NCBI GenBank assembly: GCA_963723175.1
Contig: CAVRPO010000008.1
Span: 155,921 to 219,920, forward strand
DNA length: 64,000 bases
DNA from: an uncultured Solirubrobacterales bacterium
GTDB taxonomy: Bacteria > Actinomycetota > Thermoleophilia > Solirubrobacterales > Solirubrobacteraceae
Direction of reading: 5' to 3'
Shown here piece after piece: positions 41,498 to 52,890 of this stretch. Both the position numbers and the translations under genes were made by a program. Positions within the stretch are counted from its first letter, which is position 1. Every line of letters starts with the position of its first letter. The notes below the pieces were generated by a model. That model made no database searches. It worked only from the letters and a program-made list of their open reading frames with translations, and had not been told where the DNA came from.

Positions 41498-41950
41498 GTG
41501 TCCGTGACATTCCAGAGCATCCGTTTCGGAGAGGTGCGAGGTCGCCGAGCAGGATGTGATCGAGTTTCCCTTCGGTTTGATCGGCCTTGGGGGGCGCGCT
41601 ACACGTTGCTTGACCGCAACCCCGGCACCGGCTTCTTGTGGCTGCACTCGGTCGACGAGCCGGCGCTTGCTTTGCCGGTCGTGCGCCCTGAGCCGTTCTT
41701 CTCAGAGTTCTCCTTGCACATGGCGCCAGAGGACGTCGAGCGGACCGGCATCGATGGGGAGGCGCAGGACGTCAAGCTGTACGTGACGGTGCGCGCCACG
41801 CCCAACCCGCTCGACATCACCGCCAACTTGCGCGCGCCGCTTGTGGTCCACGAAGGGCGCGGCTATCAGGTGATCAACGCCAACCCGGAGGCCCAGTTGC
41901 AGGCTCCCTTGTTCGTGCTCTCGGACGAGACGTCGCGAATAGCTTCATAA
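41498..41950 (+). CDS. fliW: Flagellar assembly factor FliW (frameshifts near the N-terminus)
   Basis: SIRFGEV; IEFPFGLIG; FLWLHSVDEPALALPVVRP; ITANLRAPLVV. Confidence 0.9.
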   Translation: MSVTFQSIRFGEVRGRRAGCDRVSLRFDRPWGARYTLLDRNPGTGFLWLHSVDEPALALPVVRPEPFFSEFSLHMAPEDVERTGIDGEAQDVKLYVTVRATPNPLDITANLRAPLVVHEGRGYQVINANPEAQLQAPLFVLSDETSRIAS

Positions 41951-41959
41951 TCTGAAGCG

Positions 41960-42259
41960 ATGCTGATACTGGCGCGACGTCCGGGAGAGCGCGTCGTGAT
42001 CGGCGACGAGATTCTGGTGACCGTTATGGAGGTCAGCGCCAGCACGGTGCGCCTCGGGATCGAGGCGCCGCGCGGGGTATCGATCTTCCGCGAGGAGATA
42101 TGGCTCGCGGTCAAGGAGGAGAACAGGGCGGCGGCCGAGGCGCAGGCAGACGCGCTCCCTTCGGCCCCGATCGACGAGGTCCGCGGGGACGCCGCGGCGG
42201 CTTCCGGTGAGGAGCAGACCCAGGATGAGGATTCGGAGCCGGCCGACCCGGGGACCTAG
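41960..42259 (+). CDS. csrA: Carbon storage regulator CsrA
   Basis: MLILARRPGERVVIGDEILVTVMEV...VRLGIEAPRGVSIFREEI. Confidence 0.95.
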   Translation: MLILARRPGERVVIGDEILVTVMEVSASTVRLGIEAPRGVSIFREEIWLAVKEENRAAAEAQADALPSAPIDEVRGDAAAASGEEQTQDEDSEPADPGT

Positions 42260-42296
42260 ACTGGATTCGCCCAGTTCCCGTCGGAGAGGAGACTCC

Positions 42297-43199
42297 ATGC
42301 ATGCCGTGCTGATCCATGAAACCGGAGGCCCGGATGTCTTGCGCTATGAGGAGGTCGAGCGGCCTACGCCGGGCGAGGGGGAAGTCTTGATTGAAGTTCG
42401 TGCCGCGTCGGTGAACCCGATCGACTGGAAGATCAGGCGCGGCCTGCGCGAGACGCAGCTACCCGCGGTGCTCGGCAACGACGTGTCTGGGGTGGTCGAG
42501 CTCTCGCGTATAGACGGGCTTGCCGCGGGAGATGAGGTGTTCGGCGTCGCGTCCAGCGGTGGCTATGCCGAGTTCGCGACTGTTCCAGCTAGCCTAATCG
42601 CAAAGAAGCCCGCGGGTATGAGTCACGAGCAGGCGGCGGCGCTGCCCGTCTCCGGCCTGACCGCCTGGCAGGCGCTGTTCGACAGCGGCGGCCTGCAAAC
42701 CGGCCAGACCGCGCTGGTCGCGGGTGGCGCCGGCGGTGTCGGCCATCTCGCCGTTCAATTCGCAAAGCACGCCGGCGCGCGTGTGATCGCCACTGGCTCG
42801 TCGCGAAACCGCGACTTCGTGCTCGGCCTTGGTGCCGATGAGTACATCGACTACACCAGTCAGGACGTTGGCGAGGCTGCCAGTGAGGTGGACGTGGCGT
42901 TCGATACCGTCGGCGGCGAGACGACCGAGTCGCTGGTGCCCACGCTGCGCGAGGGCGGCGTGCTTGTCACGATCGCCAACGCGCCGCCCGAGCAGGCCGC
43001 TGCTGAGCGCGGCGCACGTGCTGAGCTGCTCGTGATGAGCCCAAGCTCTGAGCAGCTTGAGCGGATTGCCGGACTTGTTGCCGACGGGTCCGTACGCGTT
43101 GAGATCGCGCAGACGTTCCCGCTTAGCGAGGCCAGCCAAGCGCATGCGCTGAGTGAGGCCGGGCACACGCGCGGCAAGATCTTGCTCGAGGTGAGCTAG
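42297..43199 (+). CDS. NADP-dependent oxidoreductase (MDR/quinone reductase-like)
   Basis: GGPDVL; AASVNPIDWK; GGAGGVGHLAVQFAK; GHTRGKI. Confidence 0.92.
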   Translation: MHAVLIHETGGPDVLRYEEVERPTPGEGEVLIEVRAASVNPIDWKIRRGLRETQLPAVLGNDVSGVVELSRIDGLAAGDEVFGVASSGGYAEFATVPASLIAKKPAGMSHEQAAALPVSGLTAWQALFDSGGLQTGQTALVAGGAGGVGHLAVQFAKHAGARVIATGSSRNRDFVLGLGADEYIDYTSQDVGEAASEVDVAFDTVGGETTESLVPTLREGGVLVTIANAPPEQAAAERGARAELLVMSPSSEQLERIAGLVADGSVRVEIAQTFPLSEASQAHALSEAGHTRGKILLEVS

Positions 43200-43210
43200 C
43201 TCTGTTTATG

Positions 43211-43242
43211 TGGCCGGCGTAGTCGGAGGACCACGCCGGCCA
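43211..43242. terminator. Strong hairpin at the end of the core region
   Basis: TGGCCGGCGT...ACGCCGGCCA 10-bp arms, 12 nt after the oxidoreductase stop. Confidence 0.6.
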
Positions 43243-43539
43243 AAGGGTCTAGAACTTGACCAGGGTCGCCACTGATATGTACGGCCAGTTGATTTCTTGA
43301 AGTTCAACACGACGTTTGCGTGTATTGAAGCTGTAGGCGTGTTCCGCCACCTGCGAGCTGAATCGTCTCGTCATAATACGGCCTAGGCACTTCGCCGCAC
43401 TATTCGAACTTTGGTTTCACACTGGTCAACAAATCCGCGCAGGCGCGGCTCGAGCACGTTGGCTTCCTGGGCGCGGGAACACGCGTGCCTCCCTTGCGGC
43501 CTGCGGTCACAAGGCTGGAGGTTTGGCTAATAGGTATGG

Positions 43540-44097
43540 ATGATGGAGCGGGATACGCGCAAAGAGGCTGCCCTTCTGGCTACGGCTAGCTCGGATGGGG
43601 AGGCGTTTGCCGCCTTCTACAGGCTTTTTGAGCGTCAGGTCCTTGGCTTCTTCATGCGTGCGACCGGTCGCTCTGAGTTGGCGGCGGATCTCACGGCTGA
43701 GACCTTTGCCCGGGCGCTCGAGTCGGTGGCAACCTACGATTCCGCTCGGGGCCGGGCCGACCAGTGGCTGTTTGGGATCGCTCGTAATGTGTTGGGCTCG
43801 AGCTATCGCCAGGGTCGGGTCGAGTCCGCCGCACGCAGGCGGCTTGGTCTGCCGCGCATGGTCCTCGACGACCATGCGGTTGGGACGATCGCGCGGCTGA
43901 GCGAGCGTGAGGAGCACGCGGCGCTTGCGCTTGAGTGTCTTCCCGATGAGCAGCAGCACGCGATTCAAGCGCGCGTGGTGGAGGGCCGCGACTATGCGGA
44001 GATCGCCGGGGAGTTGCGCTGCTCGGAGGCTGTCGTACGGCAACGGGTCAGCCGTGGGCTGAGCACACTACGAGCAAGATTGGCTGGTGAGCGATGA
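43540..44097 (+). CDS. ECF RNA polymerase sigma factor
   Basis: AFAAFYR...AADLTAETFARA...WLFGIARN; LPDEQQ...YAEIAGELRCSEAVVRQRVSRGL. Confidence 0.92.
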   Translation: MMERDTRKEAALLATASSDGEAFAAFYRLFERQVLGFFMRATGRSELAADLTAETFARALESVATYDSARGRADQWLFGIARNVLGSSYRQGRVESAARRRLGLPRMVLDDHAVGTIARLSEREEHAALALECLPDEQQHAIQARVVEGRDYAEIAGELRCSEAVVRQRVSRGLSTLRARLAGER

Positions 44098-45338
44098 GCG
44101 TCCTTGCGCAACTGGAGCGTGACCTTCTCGAGGCGGCAAACCGTAGGAATGCGGCCAGCGCCGCCTCTGAGGATGGTGACGGTGCACCGGTGCCGCGGCT
44201 CGCCGCACACTCTCGGCTTCGCCGGCTACGTTTGCCGCTGATGGCGTTCGCTTGTCTGCTCGCGAGCACAACGCTCGCCTTGGCGGCGAGCGGGGTGATC
44301 CTCAGCGGCGCGCCGGTTCGCCCTGAAGGGCGGTTGAACCCGAGCGTAGGGGAGGGTATTCCCGCACCTGGTGCGTCGCAGCTCCTTGCTCTGCGTGTGC
44401 CCGACCCCGAAGGCGGGCTGCCCTGGGGCATACGGATCGTGCGCACTACGCGCGGGGAGGTCTGCATTCAGATCGGGCGGGTTGAGAACGGGCAGCTTGG
44501 CGAGCTTGGCATCGATGGGGTCTTTCACGACGACGGACGCTTTCACGCGATCCCGGCCGACGTGTTGCCGGAAACCAGCAGAGTGGGTGTGAAAGTGAAT
44601 GACGAAGATGCCACAGAGGCCGTCAGCTGCCATTTTGCCGGCCAGGTCGTCGTGGGTGAGCATGTCGGTGTAGACCGCAGTGCAGGTGCTGCAGACGGAG
44701 GTGAACGGAAGCGTCCCCTTAGCGAGCTGCGCAACATCTATTACGGGATGCTTGGAGCGCCCGCGGTCAGTGTCAGCTATAAGGCCGGTAAAATAGATCG
44801 CGCCCTCGCGCTGCTGCAGCCGCTTGGCGTTTACCTGATTGTGCGAAGGGCCGCCCGTAAAGAGCTCGAGGGATCGGGCGGAGAAAGTCTTGGCAGCGAA
44901 GGCGACCTGCCTGCTTCCGCGCCGCTTACCGCGATCACCTATCGGCTGGATGGCAAGCTCTGCCAGCGCGGGCCCACTCTTCCGCCGTGGGGCGTCGAGC
45001 ACTTGGCTGATCCTTGCCCTGAGCCGCGCTGGCCATCTGCTCGTTACGTGGCGCCGCGCGATCTGCACCGCCCGCTGCATGTGCAGCTTCAGGTGAGTAA
45101 TCATCTAGTGACCGGGGTCGGGCTGAGCTTTACGGCGCCGTTTGCTGTCACAAGCGCCAAGGAAGACTATATAGTGCGTATCCCGGCGATTTCGTGCAGT
45201 CGAGACGTCGTGCCTGACCAAAGTGGTGTGGTCCTTGGGTACGGCAGTTGGTCACTCGGCCGCGACGTGACGCGCGGCTCGACGGTGACTCACCGGTTCT
45301 CCGGGCTCGAAATGTTTAGTGGGCAGTGTGGAGGTTAA
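44094..45338 (+). CDS. Single-TM putative anti-sigma factor with large extracytoplasmic domain (may extend to about 45500 after a frameshift)
   Basis: ATGA overlap with the sigma gene; short N-terminal helix, TM, then DPEGGLPWG...C extracellular region. Confidence 0.65.
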   Translation: MSVLAQLERDLLEAANRRNAASAASEDGDGAPVPRLAAHSRLRRLRLPLMAFACLLASTTLALAASGVILSGAPVRPEGRLNPSVGEGIPAPGASQLLALRVPDPEGGLPWGIRIVRTTRGEVCIQIGRVENGQLGELGIDGVFHDDGRFHAIPADVLPETSRVGVKVNDEDATEAVSCHFAGQVVVGEHVGVDRSAGAADGGERKRPLSELRNIYYGMLGAPAVSVSYKAGKIDRALALLQPLGVYLIVRRAARKELEGSGGESLGSEGDLPASAPLTAITYRLDGKLCQRGPTLPPWGVEHLADPCPEPRWPSARYVAPRDLHRPLHVQLQVSNHLVTGVGLSFTAPFAVTSAKEDYIVRIPAISCSRDVVPDQSGVVLGYGSWSLGRDVTRGSTVTHRFSGLEMFSGQCGG

Positions 45339-45643
45339 CGGCACCTGCGACACGTGAGCAGGCATTCGGCAGTCATCGAAGTCATCTACAGCAAGTACCT
45401 TGGGGCGGTGACGGTGCTGGTCGGGAGTACAACTGTGCTGCTCTCGGCGGGTACACGCCCTGCGCCGGAACAGGGCAGGACGTTCCGCCGTGGTCTTTGA
45501 ATCGTGTGAAGGTCGCGTGTCATCTCTGGATCGCTGGGTTCGTGAGCATCAATCCGGGCAGCACCTTTCATGCCATCTCGCTGCAAGTGAACTTCGGTCT
45601 AGCGATGCGCTGGGACCGTCGAGCACCCACTGCACCCTGTTTA

Positions 45644-46791
45644 TTACGGTTTGAGACGCAATTCTCCGCTGGACGGGTCGTACGTGTAGTTCACGATGGC
45701 CTCGCTCTCGATGAGCCGGATGGCTTCCTCGATGACTCCGAACGGCACAGCGAACCACTCTCGTGTCTCGGCGATCGTCACGCCGTCGCGCTCAAACCAC
45801 GCGTCGATCCGCGCGGGCGCGAACAGTCGGTGCAACATCCCCTCAATCTTGCCCTCGATGCCGCGCGGGACCCGATACTCCTCGACGATCTTCACGGGCG
45901 CCCCGAGGAAAGTCGTCTCCGAGGCCGCACGAACGGTTCGCTCAGCGGCGGTCGACGACGTGGAGCCAATCTTGTGCAACCCCGGCAGTCCCGTTACCTG
46001 CGGGTCGTCGCTCAGCGAACGTAGGACATACACACTCGCCATCGGCGTGTTCGACTGCAGTCCCATCTCGGTGAGTGTCTCGTCATCGGGGACGGTGACG
46101 CGCTTGCCGCCCTTGTAGAGGTTGCTCGCGAGGGACTGCAGCAGCAACTGCGACTCGGTGCCGTTCTCGAAAATGCATCGTGTCCGGGCGTTGGCCTTCT
46201 TAATCTCGTTGCGCGTCAGTTCACCAACCTCGGCTACATAGAGCATCACGCCAGCCTGGACGAAGAATCGTCCGGGCTTGATCTCGAGCGGGTTCTTGAA
46301 CGGGACTAGCCTGCAGCGGCCGGCTCGCAGATCAGCATGACGCTCGATAAAGAGTTGTCGGAAGTTCTCGAAACCCTTGGCGGGCACTCTACGAGCAATA
46401 GTGTCCGGCATCGTCTGCGTCTTGGGAACTTGTCGCAGGTCGGTGAGGTCGTCATTGCCGCCGAGGAGTCCGAACGGGTCGTCCGCGATGGCCTCCTCGA
46501 TCGTCGCGGGGGCTCCGGCTCACTCAGCAGCCCCAGCTCGTCGAACGGCTCAAGCATACGACGCTGGCCGTCGTCTATGCACATGGCCTCGAGTCGCGTC
46601 GCGAGCTTGAACTCGCCGATGTTCGCCAAGTCCTTCGCTGGTGGGCGTCCGTGCTGTCGAGTGAACTCGGCTATCTCCTCATAGGCCGCGACAATGCGAT
46701 CCTCAGGCGTTGGCGCTGGCACCTGCGCTGACAACTCGAGCAGCCCGAGCTCGTCCTCCTCGAGCATCCTGAGAAGTTCCTCGACGTTCAT
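45644..46791 (-). CDS. YeeC-like T5orf172/GIY-YIG family nuclease (frameshifted)
   Basis: RTRCIFENGTESQLLLQSL; VYVLRSLS...LHKIGST...IEGMLHRLF...REWF. Confidence 0.82.
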
Positions 46792-46792
46792 A

Positions 46793-48711
46793 TCAGACGC
46801 CCATTGCGCGCCGCTGCTTCTGCAGGAACAGCAGCGCCTCGGCCATCCGCCGCTCCTGGGGGTCCTCGGAGCGGATGCTCGGAGGCCTGCCAGTCTTCCG
46901 CACAAAGGCATTGATCTTCGGCCAAAGGATTCGTGCCTCTTCTTCGCCGATGTCGATCCGCGTGCTGTCGATGGCGTCCTGGATCACCCGTAGCACCTGC
47001 TTGGTGATCGACTTGGACAGGATCTCGAACGCCCTCTGGAAGGGGTTGACCGTGTCGATCAGGTCGATGGTGATGTCGTCGATGTTGACGAACTTGCCTG
47101 CCATCAGGACGAACCGCTTGTCGCCGACCTCCTTGATCTCGCCATTCTTGATGACCGCATCAGCGACGACGTGCTGTCGCACCTCCTCGACCTCTTCCTC
47201 ACTGATATCGGGGTAGCGGGTGCGGATGATCTTCGGGATCAGGACCTTGTTCATCACTTCTGGGTCGATGTTTCCCGGCATCGCCTTCAACATCGTCTGG
47301 TCTTGGAGGATCTGGGCCTTGAGGTCGTTGAGGTCCTCCTCGACAATCGTGCGCACACGGTCGGTCGAAGGCTCCTTGAAGCCATTGATCTTCAGCTCGC
47401 CGATATCCGGCTCGTCGTCCTCGGATCGCTTCGTCTTGAACTTGAAGTTCGGGGCGATGACCTGCTCCATCAGCAGCGACGCGCTGATCGCCTTGAGCAT
47501 GTTGTTGACGGCGACCTTGACCTCGTCGTCCGCGGCGTCGGGCTGTGCGATCAGGTTCGTGAACTGAGCGTGCGTCTTGTTCGAGCTGTCGCGCGTCGCC
47601 CGGCCGATGATCTGGACGATCTCGGTCAGCGACCCGCGGTAGCCGACAGTGAGTGCGTGCTCGCAGAACGGCCAGTCGAAGCCCTCCTTCGCCATCCCCA
47701 GAGCGATGATCAGGTCCATGTCGTCGAGCTCCGTCATGGTCCGGAGGTACTCGACGAGCTTAGTCCGCTCGCTCGGTACGTCATTGACGAGATCGGCGAC
47801 CTTGATGAGCTTCCCGTCGGCGTTGCGCCTTGACGTGGAGCACGCCGTGTCTCGTCTACATGGTCGACGACGCCGAAAGCGTCGATGATCTCGTCGACCT
47901 CTCGGTGCTTGTCCTTCGTCGACTCTCCCGACTGCACGCTCGGGATGTGCAGGATCGTCTTCCTGTCGGTGTCGAGGATCTCCCCGATCGCCTCGGTGTA
48001 GCGCCCCTGGTAGAAGTGGTATCCGATGCCGAGCGACTTGAGGTAGGTGTATCCGTCGAGCTGCTCGTAGTAGTTGTAGGTGATCTTCCGGAACATGGCC
48101 TCGTCTTCGGGCTCGAGCACCGGTATCGCATCGCCACGGAAGTACGAGCCGGTCATCGCGACGATGTGTGCATTCGTGTTCTCCATCACCGAGCGCACTA
48201 GCGCGCCAAGGCGGCTCGCCTCCGAGGCTGACACATGATGGAACTCGTCGATCGCCAGCAGTGCGTCGTCGAATAGCTGTTCGTCGATAGCGTCATGTGC
48301 GAAGCGGAGCGTCGCATGCGTGCATACCAGCACCGCATCCGGCCCTTGGAGGAACCGCTTGACCGCGCTGACCTTGTAGCCGTCGGACCCTGGCGAGCAG
48401 AGGTTATTCTCCGCCAACACATCCCAGTTGGCGAAGAACCCCGCGTCGGTCAGGTTGGTGGTCGCGAAGGAGGCCCCGATCGCGCGCTCCGGCACAGCGA
48501 CGATTACCTTCTTGAGGCCCTGGTTGAACAGCTTGTCCAGGGCCAGGAACATAAGCGCGCGCGACTTGCCGGACGCCGGCGGCGCCTTGAGCAGCAGGTA
48601 CTGGCTCTCACGCGCCGCAAATGCCTTGGCCTGCATCTCGCGCATACCCAGCACATCGGTGTACGTGCTGGCGCCGGTGTGCCGATAGTTGACTCTGACG
48701 AGATCCGGCAC
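46793..48711 (-). CDS. YeeB-like DEAD/DEAH SF2 helicase (frameshifted near 47740-47860)
   Basis: KAPPASGKSRALM; IDEFHH; MTGSYFRGD; ALGMAKEGFDWP; VQIIGRATRD. Confidence 0.88.
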
Positions 48712-48714
48712 GGG

Positions 48715-51380
48715 CTAGGCGACGACCGTCTCGGCGGCGGTCATGTGCTGGTAGAGGGCAAAAAGGATCTCGAGGCGCTCGGTGCCAGATGGTGTCGTGG
48801 CGCCATACAGATTGTCGACTGTATTGTCGAGGGCCTCATGGACGCGCTGCAGATCGAGCGGCATCTTGTCGGGGATGTATAGGTCGCCGAGTGTGCGGTC
48901 CGAGTGACGCTCCCTAGCCTCGAGAACCGCGAACGCGTGCTCAGTAAGGCGAGCTGTGTTCTCGTCGGAGAGCGGCGGGATCGGAAAGGTGTTGTAACAG
49001 AGAACTGCGGAGTAGCGATAGCTCGTCCCAAGCTTGCCACCGACGGTGCCAGCCCATGCGGTATGCATCCGCGATTGGACGAGAGCGAACAGCCACGGCT
49101 CTGCGTCATAGATCACACCGGCTGCGTTTGAAATCACTGTGTGCGAATCGAGGAATCCCATCGGAATGACCTGTCGACGCTCTGATGAGTGCAGCGGGAC
49201 AAGGATAGACTGACCGTCTCTGTGAGCACGCTGCAGAAAGCGGTATGGACGGTCGGCCATTGCCTGGGCTACCGTAGACCCTCGCAGGCGCATGGCGCGC
49301 ACTTGCTCGGCTCGGCGCGCGATCGGTGCGATCACCAGGGCGCGCTCGACGTCGGCATCCGTGATCCAGAAGCAGTACCGGACGCTGCCCCCGAGAAACT
49401 CGTTCGCGCCTGCATATCGCCTCATGAACTCCTCGGCGCGGGGATCCTCGGCGAGGATCTCCTCGCGCTCCAAGGCAGTGAAGTTCAGGTAGCCGCCGTC
49501 CGTCGGCTTGCTCCCAAACACCATCTGCGGCAAGCGGGACAGGGTGGATCGGCGCTGGTGGACTATCGTGTTGTGGGGCGTCGGCAACAAGTAAGGACCG
49601 ATATTCGACACGCGCTGAGCATGCCCGTTGACGAACAGGAGCCGCCCATCGGGAGGATTCGCGGAGAGCCCGATGATCGCGCAGGTCACACCCGCTTTGC
49701 CGCGTGCCTGGTTGGTCCAAGGGAACGACTGATACGCAAACGCCACCTCCACGTTCTCGGCATAGATCAACGGCCACATCAGACCGACATGATCGCCCTG
49801 CGATACTGAGTTCGTGGTGACGAACCCGAGCTGCGCTCGGCCGTCCGCGATGTAACGAGCCCCCTTGAGGAACCACAGCGCGATGTAGTCGAGGTTCTTG
49901 GGATATCTGCTCGTCCCGAAGTAGTCCACAAACTCAGCTCTCTGCTCTGGGGTCTGCAGCGACGAGCCTGCGTACGGCGGGTTGCCGATGATGTACCGCT
50001 CTTTGCCATTGTCCTTAGGGCAGACCTTCTCCCAGTCGAGTCGCGCAGCATCTCCGCACACGAGGTTGCCGGCGTCGCGAAGCGGGATCAGCGGTATCTC
50101 AGCCCCGAACAGCTCGCGGAACTCTATGTTCATCTGATGCTTTGCGAGCCAAAGCGAGAGCATCGCGACCTCGTGCGCGAAGTCGTCGATCTCGATGCCG
50201 TAAAAGCTCTCGAGCTGGATCTCGGAGAACGTGAACAGCGCCGCGGAGGCAGGATCGAGCTCGGCGATCCGCTGCAGGGCTCGATGCTCACGCCGGCGGA
50301 GCTCCTTGTAGGCGATGATTAGGAAGTTGCCGGACCCGCACGCAGGGTCAAATACTCGAATCCCGGACAACCGGGCGATGAAGCGCCGCAGCTTCGGAGC
50401 GGTTTCAGCCGCTGCGAACTCCGCGTCGAGCGAGTCAAGGAACAACGGCCGGATCACCTTCAGAATGTTCTCGAACGCTCGTGTAGTGCATACCGAACGA
50501 TTGGCGCTCGCGCGGCTGCACCACTGCCTGCATCATCGATCCGAAGATGTCGGGGTTTATCTGCGACCAGTCGAGCGCCCCGGACTCGATCACGATGCCT
50601 CGCGCCTTGGGACTGAAACGCGGCGCGGGCGCGCTCGTTGAGAACAGCTTGCCGTTGACGTAACCGAATTGGCGGAAGTGCACCGAGACATCTGCACGTT
50701 GATCCTCAGGGATGTCGAGCACCTTGAACAACGCGTCGAGGAAAGAGGCGACGTCCTCGCCCGAGGGGTTTGTGAGGGAGGCGATCGCGCCTGTAAAGGC
50801 ACCCTTCGGAAAGACGCCAGTGTCCTCGGCGAAGAAGCAGAACAACAGCCGCGCGAAGAAGACGTTGAGACGATGGATGTCTCGCTCGGTCTCGATCGCG
50901 TTGGCCTTGATGATCTCCTCGTAGAGGAGTGCCATTCGCTGCGCAGCCTTGACATCCGCGTAGTGCAGGCTCTTCGAGCTGCTGCTTCTCGATCCCGGCC
51001 CACGGCAGGAAGAAGGCGGCGTTCGAATGGAGCTCTAAGACACTGATGTTGACGGTGTCGCGGGTGACCGTGTCAAGCGCCAAGAGCCGTAAGGCGTCGC
51101 GAACGATCACAAACCGCGGATGCTCGCGCTGAACTCGTTCGTCAGCGCCGAGGATGTCGATCATGGTGTAGAGGTCGGCGCCATCGGCCTCGTAACGATC
51201 GAAGACTCTACCTTTCCAGAGCGTCTCGCCAGGGACGGTAGAGCGATTGTAGGTCCCGGATCTCAAGCGGGCAATCCCGGCTTTCGGTAGGCCATACGCG
51301 AGCAGGAGCGAGTAGATGAGCTCGGGTCCATCGGCCAAATCCAGCTGCGCGACACGATCCTCGATCTCCTGCAGGTTCAT
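48715..51380 (-). CDS. YeeA/MmeI-like N6-adenine DNA methyltransferase with target recognition domain (frameshifted)
   Basis: RLLFCFFAEDTG; YVNGKLF; DWSQINPDIFGSMMQ; GMHYTS; FDPACGSGNFL; IIGNPPYAG; YRYS..LCYNTFP. Confidence 0.92.
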
Positions 51381-52087
51381 AGCACGCGCACGCTACCTTG
51401 GGAGCCCTTTGCCAAGAACTGGACGCGGGGCCAGACCTTCCTGGTAGGCCTCTCGGCGCGCAGGTGCCCCGACTGCGGGGAGGCTAGAGACCAGAATCAT
51501 CTGGTTCGCGCTCGGTCCACGGGGCATGTTGCCCGGAATGATCTCGCTGGCGTAGGAGCTAGCTTGAAGGGCCTCCGCAACGGTCATCGTTCGGACACGG
51601 CAAGTCGCTCTACTCGCAGTGGCTCGATCACGATTCGCGGCCCAAGCTTGTGGCGCACAAGACTTTGTTTCGCTATGCAAGTCCGAGTCGATCTAGCATG
51701 TCTCTTGGCATCGAGAACGTAATCCGTGTCGATATCGTGGCTCACAGTCGGAAGAGCCTACTTGTGGGCGCATCGGCGTGCAGTGGTGTGGCGTCGGCTC
51801 GTTTGGTGCTATCGCTGGTCTGCGCCGCGGATGGTGTTCGGTGGGTCGTATGTGCGCGCGAGGAGTCGCGGCCAGAGGGTTGCGGTTTTCGGTGTCTGGG
51901 CAGAAGTCTTAGAAACACACTCTCCTCTTTCGTCCAACTCAGCAGTGTTCTCCGATGTCATGCGGAGGCTCGCAATCGCAGGGAGACCGGCAGTCGAGGT
52001 CTGTCTGTCGGCTGTCGGCTGTCCGCTGATCGTCCGGAGGGCCGTACGCCACTCGGGCTCACGAACGATCTAGACTCGATGCGCCCA

Positions 52088-52402
52088 ATGGAATCCCCGA
52101 TCCTGATCGACGTCTGGACTGTCGACCCGTCGCAGCAGGCTGAGCTAGCCCGAGGGATCTCCGACGGAGTGCGAAATGTGATCGTCGGCCGCCGAGGTTT
52201 CGTGTCTGCCCAGCTTTACGAAAGCACCAATGGCGACGCGATGATGGTAATGGTGCGCATGCGAACGATCAAGGAGCGCCAAGAACTCATGGATTCGCCT
52301 GAGGCCCACAGCCTGATGCGCCAACTTCGAACGATCGCGCGTTCCCACGGGCGGCTCTTCCGGCTTGTTGAGAACTTTGGCGAGTCGGAGGAGCCCCGCT
52401 GA
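52088..52402 (+). CDS. Antibiotic biosynthesis monooxygenase (ABM)-like small protein
   Basis: ILIDVWTVDPSQQAEL...RRGFVSAQLYESTNG. Confidence 0.7.
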   Translation: MESPILIDVWTVDPSQQAELARGISDGVRNVIVGRRGFVSAQLYESTNGDAMMVMVRMRTIKERQELMDSPEAHSLMRQLRTIARSHGRLFRLVENFGESEEPR

Positions 52403-52699
52403 TCGGCGACTCGAGTCAGAGGTCCGGCCCAGTCGCTGGTTCGGCGTTGAACGTTTCATGCACGCCGTTGACGCCTGCGTTCGCCGCCAAGCGAGCGTGC
52501 AAGGAAGCTGGCCCGACAGTGTCGGACGGCGCGTCGGTTCGCTGTGGCCGAGCGTAGCTTGACGGGCATACTCAGCGTACAAGCCGGGAGGTTAGAGCGC
52601 CACTCGATCAGCAGACAGTCGGATCGGCGACGGCGACGCGAAGGCCGTCCCAGACGGCGCGCCCACACAGGTGGTCAAGACGGTGGATGCCAACTGCTG

Positions 52700-52890
52700 A
52701 GCAGAGTCGTCTGACCACCTCGATCAGGTAGCCGTCGGGATCGCGGATGTAGCAGCGTATCTCGGTCTCGTGCTGCTTGGCGGCGTTAGGGAATTGGGCA
52801 CCCCGCTCGCTCCACTCGGCGTACACCGCTTGGATGTCCGCAACCGGATGTTGAGGAAGCTGCTCATCCGATCTGGACGGGACGCGGATG
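52700..52890 (-). pseudogene. VOC/glyoxalase family fragment lacking its 5' end
   Basis: SSFLNIR / VADIQAVYAEWSERGAQF / KQHETEIRCYIRDPDGYLIEV across frames. Confidence 0.7.

Noticed and set aside
43404-43419. Second SOS box TCGAACTTTGGTTTCA upstream of the ECF sigma
   Set aside because: Right half deviates from GTTC; too weak to call
51393-52073. ORFs in the spacer upstream of the MTase
   Set aside because: No motifs or convincing RBS; probably non-coding or decayed DNA
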